Below the pieces are notes generated by a model that was not told the origin of the DNA, did no database searches, and saw nothing but the letters and a program-made list of their open reading frames with translations. From Amphiscolops sp. MND2022 (Eukaryota): a stretch of 64,000 nt of DNA. Location: the NCBI GenBank assembly GCA_964187785.1, contig OZ076409.1:21764001-21828000 (forward strand), given 5' to 3'. Made by a program: the position numbers and the translations under genes. Within the stretch, counting starts at the first letter, position 1, and the number at the start of each line of letters is the position of its first letter. This document shows, piece by piece, positions 44,986-59,045 of this stretch.

Positions 44986-46139
44986 CTTATTTTTCCAGCT
45001 CAATTGTTTAGGAGATTCACCCTTTGTTTTGACTCTTTACCAAGCAGCGGAAGTCGTCATAGATTGTGCACAGGTAATAATTGTGTCAAAATCCTCACGT
45101 TTTTGATCCGTCTCTTCTGTTCGCGCGTCATTGTTTGTTTCACTTTCGTTTGTCGTAACTGCTTTTCTTCACTGGCACATCAAAAAGTGAACGGTTCTTC
45201 CATGAACTAATTAAACTTGTTGTGACAAACCTAGACAGTCGATACAATAACCTGATCATCGGGGTCCATGAATCCTTTTTGGCAATCATTGCATATTCAT
45301 TACTCACCTTAATGGCTATACTTCTGTTTTTCTTGTCTACTCCTGCCTTTTACCTTTATGCGTTCGTGACCGCTTCAATAGTATTGCAATCTCAAAAAGA
45401 TACCTGAATAAACTGGGTAAGATAGTTAGAGGACACTAACTTTTATTCATTCCTCCTTCGACTTCCTGGGTTCTTTTCAAAGGGTTGTCTGTGGGATTGG
45501 GATCTTTTCTTCAACGTTTTTCGTCTCAGGTTCTTTCGATGATTACATACGATCGTTAGTTAGTAAGTTACACTCTACTTTACGAGCAACCGTTGTTTAT
45601 AATAGTTGTCCTTCTGCTTTTGTCTGAAAAGTAAATTGGTACCAACGTCGATGATGAGGATAACAGTTGATCTCCGAATGTTTCGGAGCAATTCTTTTGT
45701 AGCAAACTTGCTAGTGTACACAATTGCCTTCATCATGTGCTTTAAGACAATCAGCTTCGCTCCTAGGTTCCACTTGGCTCAGATCAATAGCTCTGGTGTC
45801 AAGGGCTTGTTGTTGGTAGAGTGATCGCGAGTAAGAATTGCCCAAAAATTCTATCCAGATGACTATATTTGCCATGTTCCGGGGTTTTCTCTTCAGTAGT
45901 TAGAGGATTACCTCCCTGGATCAGGCCAAAATTAAAAACAACAAAAATTGGCAAAATTTGGTGTTTCACCCAAAATAACCCTTTTGATATTTTTAATTGT
46001 ATCTAATCCAAAGAATGAAACCTCTAACTACTCTGTGGTCATCAAAATGAGGTATCAAAAACACACAACTTGCAAAAGAACCAGGTTTGATAATTAAATA
46101 AATGTTCATCTCATTCAAATAATTTGTTAATAAATATGG

Positions 46140-46475
46140 GCTAAAAAACGAAGCAACTTCTCATACAAGAAATCTTACAAACCCTAAACGCTCCGTGTGA
46201 AACATATATGAGAGATGATAAGTTCTATACAAAATCAGGTATAGTCAATTTACACCCAACTAAAGGAATACATTGGGTCATGTTTATCAACGAGTATTAC
46301 TTTGATTCACATGGCTGTTCTCCACCACTGAGTGTAATGAATCACAAAAAAGGGTATCTATTCAGAATATCAAAGTCAGGAGAATGAAAGTTATTGGACA
46401 GCATTATGTTTATATGTTTTACGTCTTACAAATATGATAGGTTTCAAAAAAGCAGTACTAAAATTTTATTACTAA
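46140..46475 (+). pseudogene. Adenoviral-type cysteine protease remnant (Polinton PRO)
   Basis: GIVNLHPTKGIHWVMFINEYYFDSHGCSPP followed by YSEYQSQENESY(W)TALCLYVL; H..FDS..Q..C pattern with the catalytic Cys mutated. Confidence 0.7.
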
Positions 46476-46899
46476 TGATTTTCATCATGAATCGATGAAT
46501 ATGTCTATGTCTGAAAAATTTTAATACATGTTCACGATTATTAAATGAAGAAAATTAATAATTTTTCAGTTCAATTCAAAATCATCTCAGAACATCAAAA
46601 TCATCCGAAGGAGTATTCAAATAGAAATCATTCGAATCATGAAAATCAAAATCCAAAAAGTGAGAAAAAATTAACAAAAGATAGGCAAGAATTTATAAAC
46701 AACATAGTCGCCAGTGGATTTAAACAAATTCATGTAAAATAAATGGATCTATCAAACCTTGTAACTTATGCTAAAAAATATCTTTTGCCGAATATTGCTA
46801 AATCTATTCAAGGATAGTTGAAAACACTCATTATGTCTTCCTCTAGTAAGCAATTGATCTAATAATGTCTGATTAAATTCCAGCATATCATCTCCTTAC

Positions 46900-47750
46900 A
46901 GGACGACTCCCACCAACAAAAAACTTGAAACTCTTCTAACAAAACAAAAACTATAAGAACTTGGAATAGATACTGAATTAGTACCGAATGTTGCAAATTT
47001 ATTTGAAACCTCCGATGATAAGTTTGTGGAAAAAAACTAATACACTGATAATAAAAAGTTATTCTACTGATTCTAAACATACCAGAAAAGACTCTAATGA
47101 GTTAGAAGAATTAACCGATGTCTTTGATTATCCTGATCAACAAGTAAAATTTCCTGACTTTCAAATTGAACTAGACTATTTTGGAATAGAACTACCACCA
47201 GGAGCATATGAATTAGTTGAAATCAAGGCTCTCATAAAACAAAAATTTGTTGTTTTAATTTATAAAGTAGATGATATAAATAAAACTGTAAAACCAAAAT
47301 TCACTTTTTGAAATTGAAATCAATATAGAAGCAGATAAAAACTCAATGAAATTAGTTCTAATAATCTCAAACCTGATTAAGTTTAACTCTGAATTGAATA
47401 AACTTCTAGCTTTCACATCTAAAACCTACCCAAACGGAACTCATAGATCAGAAAAACCAGTTATGATCTCGAGCGTAGACAAAGTTGATCTGAAGTGTGA
47501 TATTGTAGATGGCTCAAGTGTTAATGGAGTTCAAGAACGAATACAATATTCCTTCAACCTGAGTGCTCCTTCAGGATATGAAATTTAAAAAATCCCACTA
47601 GTGTTTTATACAAAAAGATAAACAAAATAAGACTAACCCATATACAATTTTCCTGTTGGACTGCAACCATAACCCAGTGTATGTCAACAACGAAACACTC
47701 ACATTCACAATTCAAGTCATCAAGATTTAATTCAAACAAATGAGCTTCAA
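46900..47750 (+). pseudogene. Polinton minor-capsid-like remnant
   Basis: IELPPGAYELVEI and SEKPVMISSVDKVDLKCDIVDGSSVNG...YSFNLSAPSGYEI. Confidence 0.6.
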
Positions 47751-49299
47751 AAAAACGTAAATCTATTTGTGTTGCTCCCAAACACTATTCTGCTACTGCG
47801 AGTACTCGTGGAGTTGTAACTCAAAAGGAAAAAACTGGTACATACGTAAAAATATTAACTGGCAAGTGTGTAACGTTTAAAAAATGAATCACTTATAGTA
47901 TCTGATCAAACTATTGCAGCCGAAGGATCGGGTAACTTTTTCATTAGGCAAAGCCGCAAAGAATGTTGGAAAGAAAAATTTAAACAATTCTGGTAGAGCA
48001 CTAGAGATTGCAGCTAATATAGGAACTGCAGCAGCAAGTAAAAACCCAAAACTTATTGCAGCAACTGCTCCCGATGTTATTAAACTTGTTCATCAAAAGA
48101 AGGGTTTAGATCTGGAAAAAATTCATTGATCCATTATGAATAATCGCTGAATGTGTCCATAAGTTGTATTTTAGGTTTATTTTATATTCAAAAATAAATA
48201 ATGAAAAATGTTTTTATTTCAGAATGATTTAGAAAAGCTCAAAAGTTTGCGAAAAACAAGATTCTTACACCGTCCGCAAAAAAATTCTAGAAGAAACGCT
48301 TGGGAAAAAGACTTTCAATACCATATGAAAGAAGTTTTCGGACCCTTTACTGAAAACCGGAAACAAAATCAAATCCAAACGAAGCTAGAAGCTGAAAAGC
48401 AAATACAAGCGCTACGCGATTCTACCCAAACAACAAAACAAGCGATAAAAGATCAAACTAGAGCAAAATACCAAAGTAGTAACGCTTCGACTAACACATT
48501 ACAAAAATCAATTGAAGACGGAATACAAGAATTTGATGAAATTACAAATCGCAATAATTAACCTATTACAGGTCTTTTTAATTCTAAACAAGTTGATTCT
48601 ACAATTAATAAGAACGCTTTCTTTTCAGTTAAGAACTTACGAACAGTTTCTAAACTCCTCAACGACAAAAACAAAAGTCAATTCAGTTTACAACCTGTTG
48701 AATTTAATCCGAATTTACACACAATTAACTATACTAATCCTCAACAAGTACTAATCAAAAACACTTCATTGATTTTCTTGAGTAGTGGTAACAATACAAT
48801 ATAAATGATCCCTGTCTTTCATATTTAATAACTAATACATAATTTGATAGAGAAATACAAATCCTGAGCATAATACATCCCTTTTCAAATGATATGAAGT
48901 ATGATCTAAATTATGGAGAGGAAAATCAAATGGGTATAATTTATTAAATCTTTATTTCAACCCCAAATAGGAAGAGAAATGTATGTCTTTCTTCCATCTT
49001 CCTTCTGATCCAGATAAGCTTGTGGATCAATTAAAACTAATCGTGTTAGAGAAGGTAAGAGGAAAAGGTAAATCTATGCTTAGTGAACAAAAATCAAGAT
49101 TTGTGATAAACTACGTGATTATGAAGGTTTTACAAAAAATCAACACCAAAACTTTGTCTCAGCTTTTAATTCATGATTATGTCTGAAAAGAATCTGTTTG
49201 CGGATAGACATTTCATATTCTGGCTTAGATTCTTTACATGTTTTATAGTTACATCAGTTTTTATCTTCATGCCTGTTTATTATTAAATGGTTATTATTT

Positions 49300-50580
49300 T
49301 CTTTTCATGCCTCCCTGCACAGTTGCTTAAACTCGTCTTAAAACATATCAAAACCAGCTATGTCTCTATAAATGTGTTCTACATCTTTCAATGTTTGCTG
49401 AAACAAAACTATAACATTCGATTTTTTCCGTATGGTTCGCTTAGGGAAATCGAAGTGGGATTGTGATAAATAGTAAACATCATAATCATTATGTCTTCCT
49501 CTAGTAAGCAATTGATCTAATAATTTCTGACTAATTTCCAGCATATCATCTCCTTACAAGACGACTCCCACCACAATAAATTTGAAACTCTTTTAACAAA
49601 ACAAAAACTATAAGAACTTGGAATAGATACTGAATTAGTACCGAATGTTGCAAATTTATTTGAAACCTCCGATAATAAATTTGTAGAAAAAACTATTACA
49701 CTGATAATAAAAAGTTATTTTAATGATTCTAAACATACCAGAAAAGACTCTAAAGAGTTAGAGGAATTAATTGAAGTCTTTGATTATCCTGATCAACAAG
49801 TAAAATTTCCTGACTTTCAAATTGAACTAGACTATTTTGGAATAGAACTACCACCAGGAGCATATGAATTAGTTGAAATCAAGGCTCTCATAAAACAAAA
49901 ATTTGTTGTTTTAATTTATAAAGTAGATGATATAAATAAGACTGTAAAACCAAAATTCACTGATTTTGAAAGTGAAATCAATATAGAAGCAGATAAAAAC
50001 TCAATGAAATTAGTTCTAATAATCTCAAACCTGATTAAGTTTAACTCTGAATTGAATAAACTTCTAGCTTTCACATCTAAAACCTACCCAAACGGAACTC
50101 ATAGATCAGAAAAACCAGTTATGATCTCGAGCGTAGACAAATATTTTTGTGATCTTGTATCCAGTTCAACGATTCCGTAATCTAACTGATCACGGTTTTG
50201 TTTCTTTTATTGAATATGTGTTTGTTATAGATTCGAAGCAACACTCTGGGTTGTTGATTGTAATGTATAATAATACAACTGGGAGAGCTTCTTTGGCATA
50301 ATGTGCGAGGTAAATTACTTGAATAGTTTGGTGACGGCCGTATCTGAACAAATCTTCTACTTTTGTATTTAGTTTTTTGAACGCACCAGCATCTTCCAAT
50401 TTTACTTTTTTTCAAGTTTCTAAATCTTGTATGTACTTGTTTTCTAATTATGAAAAATTGACAAAGTTTTGTTCGTGGAACTTGGTCGAGTCCCTGCTAA
50501 ACTCTATAAAGTCTGCTTTAGTCTCATTCAGGTAGTTTTTTTAAAAAATGTGTTTTCCTATTTCCACTACTACCATACAC
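49300..50580 (-). pseudogene. A32-like packaging ATPase remnants (two different copies) separated by a duplicated capsid-like segment
   Basis: LLTRGRHNDYDVYYLSQSHFDFPKRTIR (49338-49544) and EDLFRYGRHQTIQVIYLAHY (50190-50399). Confidence 0.7.
49487..50141 (+). repeat. ~650-bp direct duplication of 46828-47482
   Basis: Both copies run from TCATTATGTCTTCCTCTAGTAAGC to GAGCGTAGACAAA with few differences. Confidence 0.9.
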
Positions 50581-51214
50581 TAACAAGTGAAAATTTGTAT
50601 TACTGATTGGAGCACAAGTTGTCTGAGTTCTTCTTGATTAGTCAAATGGGAATATTCAAATCCTTTAAATTGTTTTAGATGGTTGTATAATCTCCTATGA
50701 TGCCTAGGGCGATTATATGACCAGTATATCCAAAATATTATCCAAAATATAATCCCAAATGAACCAATATAGTAGAAATATTTAGATATAAATGCATAAT
50801 CATCTGCCATTAATTGATAAACAAATTCCCAATTTGTGAAAATAGATAAATCCCAAAATTGGAAATATTTAATAATTTTTATTTTACATTAGAAATGAAT
50901 ATCAGGAATTTTGTTCCCTGTGCAATTCTGAATATAAATCCAAATCTGATCATCTCAAGTCAATAAAACATGTCTAAAATTGGGACAAGGTTTTTGATAA
51001 AAAAGTAATTCATATATGCAACTGTCGGATAAGATTTCCCATGTATGTTCGGATGAACATAGAAACAAACAACAATGTGATAAGTCAGAAAATTTAATTA
51101 TGACAAATCTAGTTATTAACACAACAACAAACGTCAAGTACAAACTCGACCCAAATAAAACATAAAACAAAAACCTAACCAGATATTATCACAAAAAGCA
51201 TTTCCCATGTTCAA

Positions 51215-51720
51215 ATGCCAAGTGGGGTATTTAGCCTATTAAACCTAAAGTTTGATAAACGTATTAACAGAAAAGATGAAGTGTTCAGAAGTGGAATAAA
51301 ATCAAATTTGATGTATAACTATGATGTTCATGATATTCACCAGCAGATATTAGAGTGTGTAGACGACGAACAACTAGAAGGGTCTGGTTTCCAATTTGAT
51401 TTTATCAGTACGGTAACAATCGAATTCTACAGAATACGCGACGTAATGGCATATTCTTGGGTTGAAATGCCAAAAAAATATAAGAACAGTTTATCAATTA
51501 TGAACATACAAAATGATGATGATTTTTGTTTTCAGTGTTCCATTTTGTCTCGGTTATATCCAGTTGCCCAAACAGAGCTTCAAACTATTCTGAGTATTTG
51601 CACACACACAAGGTGGAAGGTTTAGAGTTTCCTATGCGCATCAAGGACTTTCCTAAATTCGAACGACTGAACAATTTGAATAAAAAATGTCTTTGAGCTC
51701 AATAGATCCGTTTAGGTCAC
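51215..51720 (+). pseudogene. Polinton protein-primed PolB N-terminal fragment
   Basis: LEGSGFQFD, SWVEMPKKY...IMNIQNDDDFCF, GLEFPMRIKDFPKFERLNNL. Confidence 0.7.
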
Positions 51721-51759
51721 AAATCGACCCAATGTTGTAAGAACATCACCATTGCCCAA

Positions 51760-53900
51760 TAACCAAATGTCGACCGTACTGTTTTGGTGTGGATTTCATT
51801 CCGCTAAAAAGCCCGATGGAGGTCTTCTTTCGATCATTGTAGGCAAAACTTTCCACTGGTTGTCCGCAAAGTGTGCCGGATACCAAATCCAAGGTACATA
51901 GGGAATTCGAGAAGGTGGTGTTGCCACCAAAAGTGGCGTTTATTTGACCTCACGTGTTTGCCGTTGTCTGATAGAAAAGTCCAATCCCAAAGAAAAATAA
52001 GTTTTGAAAAAAATGAAAACGTTTTCAATCCAATAAACCGACAACTAATAGTCGAGAAAACTTTCGACAAATACCCAGATGTCTATAAAAACTCACACAA
52101 TGCGTACAGTCAGCCCAGTTTCTTTTTTACCGTGATCCAGTAGTCAAACCAGAGTCTCCAGTTCCAATTGCGATTTCCCTTCAGGATTTGATTGACAGTT
52201 AGGAACGGGAAACAATTTCATGGAACCTCGATGATGAAAATTTAAGCGAAGATTACCGAACAGTTTTGAAAGTTCTCTAAAAATTTAGTAAAGCAGAGAA
52301 CACGCTGGGATAAAAAGTTAAACCCACGAAAAGGGAAAATTTTCATTTGGTGACATCCGTGAAAAACGGCGATCGCAAGTTTTAGCAACTTTTCAAAATT
52401 TTTGCCCGTTGTCAAAACACCAACAAAAGATGCACTTATCTTGCTTGGTTCACCACTGGGCCCAAAATTGTCGGCAAACTTATTGGAAAAAAAAGAGCTG
52501 GAACATGTTAATGGAATCGTTGACAAACTTAGATGCGCATTATGGATTTTTTCAATGTTGACATTTACTTCAGTCTGTGAAAGTTGTTAAACTTCTTGAG
52601 AACCAGTACATGTTTAAATCATCCAATCGTCTTGAAAAGTATGACAAAATCGTACGCGACGGACTGTTCAAAGTGTGTAACGCGAATTTTGACGGAATTT
52701 TGAGTACTCAGCTGGCTTTGCTCGCTGAAAAGTGTAGTTTGGGGTTTCATCCGCGTTCTTAATTGCACTTGCCTCCTTTTTAGCTCAGTTTCTGGTGTAA
52801 TTCAACCGTGAACCTTGGAAGATGTTTCGCAAGAAGAAAAATGGTAGAATTTGACAAATGAACAAGTAAGTGTTCTCGACGGAACCCAGAGAAACCGGAC
52901 ATATCTTTTGTACGTCGGTACCCCCCAAAAATTTGATTTATTGAATGCATGACAAACGTTTAAAAGTTTTCAACGCACATCAAGGCAAGTTAGAGTCCCA
53001 AACAATGAACATTGTTCCTTGCAAAAACGTAGACCTGAAACATGATCAACAGCTTCTGAATTCAATTGGTTTACGTCTCGTAGCCAACATCTGCCATACG
53101 TGGCACTGTGGTAAAAGAGTTTAACGGGACGTTTTACCTGGTCTTCTTTGCACCAAGAGTGCTGGTCGCTTCTCACGTCATGCTACTCTCAATTCTCTCA
53201 TAACAGACGTTGGGATCTCTCAACTTGCCTTAAATGGTTGAGGCGCGATGACTGTACCAAATTGATGACAAACGCCCAGACGGTGTTACATGAATTCATT
53301 GGAAAAAAGGTAAGCAGCTGGTGTGGAATATCAACTTTGTGGATGCTCTTGCCCCCGTTCGCCCGAATCAAGGCTCCTTATGCAACCCGGGAACCATTGC
53401 CACCAAGGCTAAAGCACGTAACATTGTGAAGCATCGTGAATTGATAGACAATGGAAACTATTTTCAACCATCGTGGCCATGGAAGTACAGGGTTCTTCAA
53501 GTAAGTGGAAAGAAATTTCCATTACGCATATCTGTGGAGTCGTTCTGACAACGATCATCGTGCTGGTTGCTTTTTGAAGCATGCATCTCAATGGTTCTTC
53601 AAATCAACAAAGCGACCTGTGTCCTAGGAAATGTGAGCGACAGAGATGGGTTGGAAGAAATTTGTCGTATGTAGTTGTTTTTTTAACATGTATATCATTG
53701 CAGTTTTTGGGAACTTATTTCTACCTGTCAAGTGGGAAAGTGGCAGGTACTTGTAGTTCGTTGGTTGTTTTGCGTTGCCTCTATTCCACACGGATAGTGG
53801 GTGGTATGTGGTTTCTTCCTCTCGTAGCAGACCATGGGTGTGTGTCCTTTTCCCTCAGCATGACAACACACATGGCATTTGATTGACGACGGAAATCCAT
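51760..53900 (+). mobile_element. Older, 5'-truncated copy of the CRE-like non-LTR retrotransposon
   Basis: KKPDGGL, AYSQPSF, LGSPLGP, CTKSAGRFSRHA and 3' tail all match the 60250-63830 copy; heavily mutated. Confidence 0.8.
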
Positions 53901-56900
53901 AATAATTTTAGGCCAAGTGAAATGTAGCAAAAAAGCACATGTCATCAGGTCTGTGTCAAAAAGTCAGACAAAAGTTCAGGGGGATACCAGAAGACTCAAC
54001 ATACGCCTTGTCCCTCAAATGTGACATTAACCCAAACATGTTCTGTAAACACGGTCGAACGTATTTCTCGATCGCGGCNNNNNNNNNNNNNNNNNNNNNN
54101 NNNNNNNNNNNNNNNNNNNNNNNNNNNNNNNNNNNNNNNNNNNNNNNNNNNNNNNNNNNNNNNNNNNNNNNNNNNNNNNNNNNNNNNNNNNNNNNNNNNN
54201 NNNNNNNNNNNNNNNNNNNNNNNNNNNNNNNNNNNNNNNNNNNNNNNNNNNNNNNNNNNNNNNNNNNNNNNNNNNNNNAGATAGCGAGCGAAAGATTCGG
54301 TGTCATTTCTGCACTCGCAGTGTGGAGACTCAGCTCTCCAGTTGCTATAGGTATGTTCTGCCAGGTCAACGTTACAAAAAATCGTTTATTGTTAGATCCA
54401 GTCTCCTGTTTGCATCTTTGGGGAAAATATCCTGTCCAACTTGATTTCATTTCAGAAGGAGTGCTTGTAAGAAGGCTTGTGAAGATGTTGTTCCATCTTT
54501 TCTTAGTGTACGAGAGACATGTGGACGTGCTAAATGTTGTGCCTCTATTTTTTGCAAAACGGATCCACCAAATTTCTGTCGGCGCGTTTCTCAGGCAGTT
54601 AGCTATTATGGTATTTTCGATGCAAAGAGTTGCTACACATGAAGCGTTTAGTTCCGAACTTGATACTGATGACATCTGTTTGCATCAGCATTGGTGGTAT
54701 TCCGCAAAAAAAATTCCGTGACCAGTTGGTTGAACTTCGTGTTTGTTCTCAGAATCAGGTTGACAACTTTGTCGGCAGATGTTTTCTTGCCCACACTGGG
54801 ACAGCATATAGAATTTGATGTAGATACGTTTTGTAGAATGTTATGAGCGTCGCGTGCTTCAGGACCGGTGTTCGAGCCGCAGTATTTTTTAGGCAACTTC
54901 ATCTTTTTCGCAGTTTTGCCATCTTTTTCTTGAAAGTGATCATTAAACGTCAGTTCGCTGTCTATCGTCAGTCCAAGAATTTTGTTGTGTCATGTTCTTT
55001 TGCTAACTTTACCAAAAAATGTCAGGTTGGGAGCTTTCTCACAATTCAGGTAAAATAATGAAGTCTTTTTGGTGTTCACTGCAATACGCCACTTCCTACA
55101 CCAGTTATCGACTTGATTCAGGATGCTCTGGCAATTGAGAGCAAGTTGAGGTTTAGTATCTGCTATCACAGCCAGGTTTACATCATCCGCGAACTTGATT
55201 TTTCCGCAGTTAAGCCCGTAGAACAAGTGAGAGACAAAAATGATAAGAATAGGGGAAACCACACTTCCCTGCGACAGTCCTGTTTTTGTTCAGAAGATTT
55301 TGCTGTTCTCGTTTCCAGTTTGTATGATCAGGAATCGGTTTTTAAGAATGTCGTTTAGGAGTTGACCCCCGACTAGTGGAGCTTTCTCAGATGACCGTTT
55401 ATCCAAAATGAGTTGAAAGCCATCTCGAAGTCGATCTTGCTTGGCGTCCATCTTTTTTGTTTTTCAGTAGAAACCGCGTAATCTGGCATCACGTAATCGT
55501 TCAACGATTGTTTTCGCAAGAAGATGACTTTTGGAAACTTCCAGGGCCGCAATTCTCCATCCAAAGATCTGCTAACGATGAGAAGAAGGCAATCTTTGAA
55601 ACGAGGTCCGACGAATTTTATCATTTTAGGATGTATATGGTCGTTGTCTGCGGACTTCCCAGATGTACTCACATTTCTCAGTGTATGCTCTGGTTCTTCC
55701 AGAGTGAAGTCGGATTAGTAGCGATATTCACGTGTGTCAAACGTTCGGGTTGCAGTAGTTCCGGTACGCGGTTTCCGACAAGTATTTTGTGGTCTTCAAT
55801 GATAGCAATCACTTCAAGGTGTTTACATGTTAAGAAAGTTTCCCGCAGGATGCCGGCTTAATGTTCAGTCTGAAGGTGAAACTTGTCGTTCTTGAACAGT
55901 GGTGCCACTCCAGAGTATGTTTTGTCCTACATCAGTTCCTTGATACGGTTTCGGAAATCTTTCGAGCGAGTGTCGTTTGTTGTGTCGACAGCGTTTTTGA
56001 AGTACTCATGGATTTATTCCGCATGAGATTTCGGAATAATTTTCGTGCATCTCAAAACAATAAAATTGTAAGCTGAACTTCAAAAACTGTTGTTTTTGCG
56101 GGCAGTTCGTAGTTCCTGGCTTTTGATTGATAGTGAAAAAGTTCCGAGAAACACCATGTCTTTTTTGGAATTTGATCCTCCGATTTCAATTTTTGTTTCA
56201 GTGCAACACGTGATTCTTCAGCGTTCATCTTCCGTAAGTTAAACGCTCCGCTGGATACTTCTCTCTCAACGCGTGTGTTGAACTTATTCCAGTTAGCTTT
56301 TTAGAGATCTTCGACAACCTGGACTTCTTCATTGACTTACCCTTTTATTATGTGTAACTATGTTCGTAGATTTCCCCTGGCTGGGGCTCTCGTGAATAGC
56401 TCCACGACATGGTGTGCAGTAGTGAACCTTCAGTTCGCACTATGAGTTTTTCTGAAACGAAGTAAAGATCAATGGTTCTGTTTCCATCCACTGATACTAA
56501 TGTTGGCTGCTATGGTTGAATACATCTAGATTACTACCTGAAGGAACCGTGTAAATCATCAACCAAGATTCGGCCAAGACCATTTGCAACTTTTCCGCCC
56601 CACATTGATTTTGTCTCCGGCTCTCATTGTCACCCCTCACTTTTGCCCCCCAAAAGCCCAACAAGATTCGTATGTGGAGCTGAGTTTTTGAGGTACCTGT
56701 GTCATATCTTTTCGAATAAGAAGAGCGAAGCCGCCATGTCCCGAGGTTTAACAACGACTGATGGAAGAGTAGTTACCTATTTCAAATGGTGATAGTTACT
56801 GGTGCGTTTCAGTTAGGATGACTGCATGAGGCTTCTCTCGTGTCACATAAAAAAGAAAAGGCTGTTGCACTGCGAGCACTTAGTCCAGCTATGTTTACTT

Positions 56901-58500
56901 CCATTATTCGGTTTTCATTTCGTTTTCAATGGTTTGTTTTCAATGATTAGCTTGTCAATTTTGTCTTGCAGCTGTTTCGGTAGAGGTATCTTTCGACTAC
57001 GTACAGTTTTTCTGTTGTCTGTGGGTAAGCTGTACTTTCGTGCGATGCAGAAACAATGTTTTCTTGGAAATTCGCAGATTCATAGCCAGCTGTTCGCATT
57101 AGTTTTTGGACTTTGGTTATCGTACATTTTGTTTTCTGTGCTTTTGCCACATTTCAGCGGCATTCTGCACGATGATATCCAATTTTCTGGCAATTGAAAC
57201 ACCTCTTTTTTTGTTTATGCTTATTTTGTATCAACTTTATCCGAAAGACAGATGGTTTCTGAACACACCATTATCAAGTGCACGTTCTATTATGGGTTTT
57301 TCGGAGAGGTCCTCTTTTATTGTTATCTATTTCACATCCGATTCTTTGATGAAGCGTCTGATTTTGATGTTTTTCGTTTCAGTACCAAGATGCTCGGCAA
57401 GTGGTTCAGCTATGGTGTTCTATGCTATTCAAGTATCCACGCCATTGATGGTTATTGCATTTTTTGTGTTTGCCTTGAGGATTAGATACGCTCGTGTCTG
57501 ACACCAAAGCAGAGGTGCTCTAGTTTTGTTTGATGTTGTCAGATTTTGCAATCGAATCAATTTCTAGATGAATATTCTCCATAATGTTTCGGAAAACATG
57601 TCTGAGTTTTCGGTTCGAAAATGTTTGGCAATCGCTTTTTTGATCTTCGTACTATTTGAAAGGTTTTTTTCTAACCTGTAAACAAAGAGTATTTGTTCAG
57701 TCGATCGGGGATATTCAGGTGCATTCTAGTGAGTGGGAGTTGTTGCAGGACATTTTTTCAATTTGAATGCCTTCGACTTGCTCCAGTGTTTCTGCGGTAA
57801 AGATTCACTTTTACTGATTCCTTACATTGTCTCCCACCGACTCAACGCTTCTTTCGATCTCGAGTCGCATATTTTTTGTGGGCCAGATGGTATTGCTGAT
57901 TTCACAGTACAGTTGGTTGTCAGTTATTAAGAACCACATTGCTCCTTCAGATTCATTGATAAATTCAATACATACTTTATTGAGTCCAACGCAGTTGTCG
58001 TCAGACGATTTTCCGCATGAATCGCAAATTATCGCCTGTTCATTCGCAAGTATTTCAGGACAACAGTTGCAGATTCAACTTTTGTTGCTTTTACTTTTGT
58101 TCCGCTCACCCATAGACAGAATTTCAATCGAGTTTCCTACTGAGACCCTCGAGACCCTGCGGCGCTTAGGAGAAAGGGTTGAGTCACTGTTTGAAATTCG
58201 ACTACTTCCCTCAAAGTCTTTTTCTTCCCTCGCTGAGATGGTCCAATTTAGGATAGTGAGCGCTTTTACCGAGCAAGACTTCCGAGGTTGTAACGGTTCT
58301 TCAAATTGGTATTAGGTAGTTTTATCCCAGTCCAATTTTTTGGGTGAACTTTCGCGAGCTCTGCTGAGAAGGTCAGATAATTTCCTTTCCGAGCTGATTT
58401 CAACCGCTTTCTCGCGTCAATTATGAGGATCCCCGTTGTTTTGAGTTGTTCAAAAAAAATTAGGAGAATTAGCACGCTGCACGTGCTTTTTTGCTGTTTT
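53900..58500 (-). mobile_element. Degraded LINE (ORF1 remnant, APE, RT; I/Jockey-like), spanning an assembly gap
   Basis: AVILTETH near 56800, GKSADNDHIHPKMIK (55373-55672), GLSQGSVVSPILIIFV...IKFADDV (55280-55180). Outer limits approximate. Confidence 0.7.
54079..54278. other. Assembly gap (200 N)
   Basis: Run of N. Confidence 1.
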
Positions 58501-58819
58501 TTTCGTTCTTGAGAGATTCGAGGATGTCCAACAAGTTTCCATCCGACTGTACAGGGATGGATCCCGTAGCCGGGATTTTTTCAAATCGAGTTCCTGATTA
58601 CGTCGTGAAAATGAAAATTTTCTTCATTTTCAGTCTGTTGCGCAACGACAAGTTTTGCAGTTTCTTTTTGCGGTTGATGTTTGGATCGAATCAGTTTGCG
58701 CGAATATGCAATCTGTCACTGAGATCGAAACAAAATGGTCGAAGAAAATGAAATCGAATCAATGTTTTCTAATACTTAGTGGTTCCAAACAACGAAGTTT
58801 TTGGCCCTCAGTTATGCAC

Positions 58820-58995
58820 CCGTTTCATCTAGTGCCCTGCGTCCCATTGGGGCCGCTTATGTTCCCATTCTGCTAAGCGAGGTCGATTAGGAGCAAAGCA
58901 TTGAGAACGGAGATCGCGAAACGATTGTAGTGGAAGCTGGTGTTTGCGACGGTTGAGGCGAACGTGCATACACCGTATATGTTCCCATATTAGTT
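58820..58995 (-). repeat. Partial inverted copy of the core of the insertion at 62897-63422
   Basis: Reverse complement of ~63040-63205 (e.g. GGAGATCGCGAA / TTCGCGATCTCC). Confidence 0.8.
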
Positions 58996-59045
58996 GGGGA
59001 AAAGTAACTAAATTAATTTAATTGCTTTGTAGGAACAAAAGTCTC

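Larger units (their letters stand above)
45930..51720. mobile_element. Decayed, rearranged Polinton/Maverick-like segment
   Basis: AT-rich region with remnants resembling an adenain-like protease, minor capsid protein, A32-like packaging ATPase and protein-primed PolB. No TIRs or integrase seen. Confidence 0.75.

Noticed and set aside
53939..54721. Long ORFs across 54079-54278
   Set aside because: Artefacts of the N gap.
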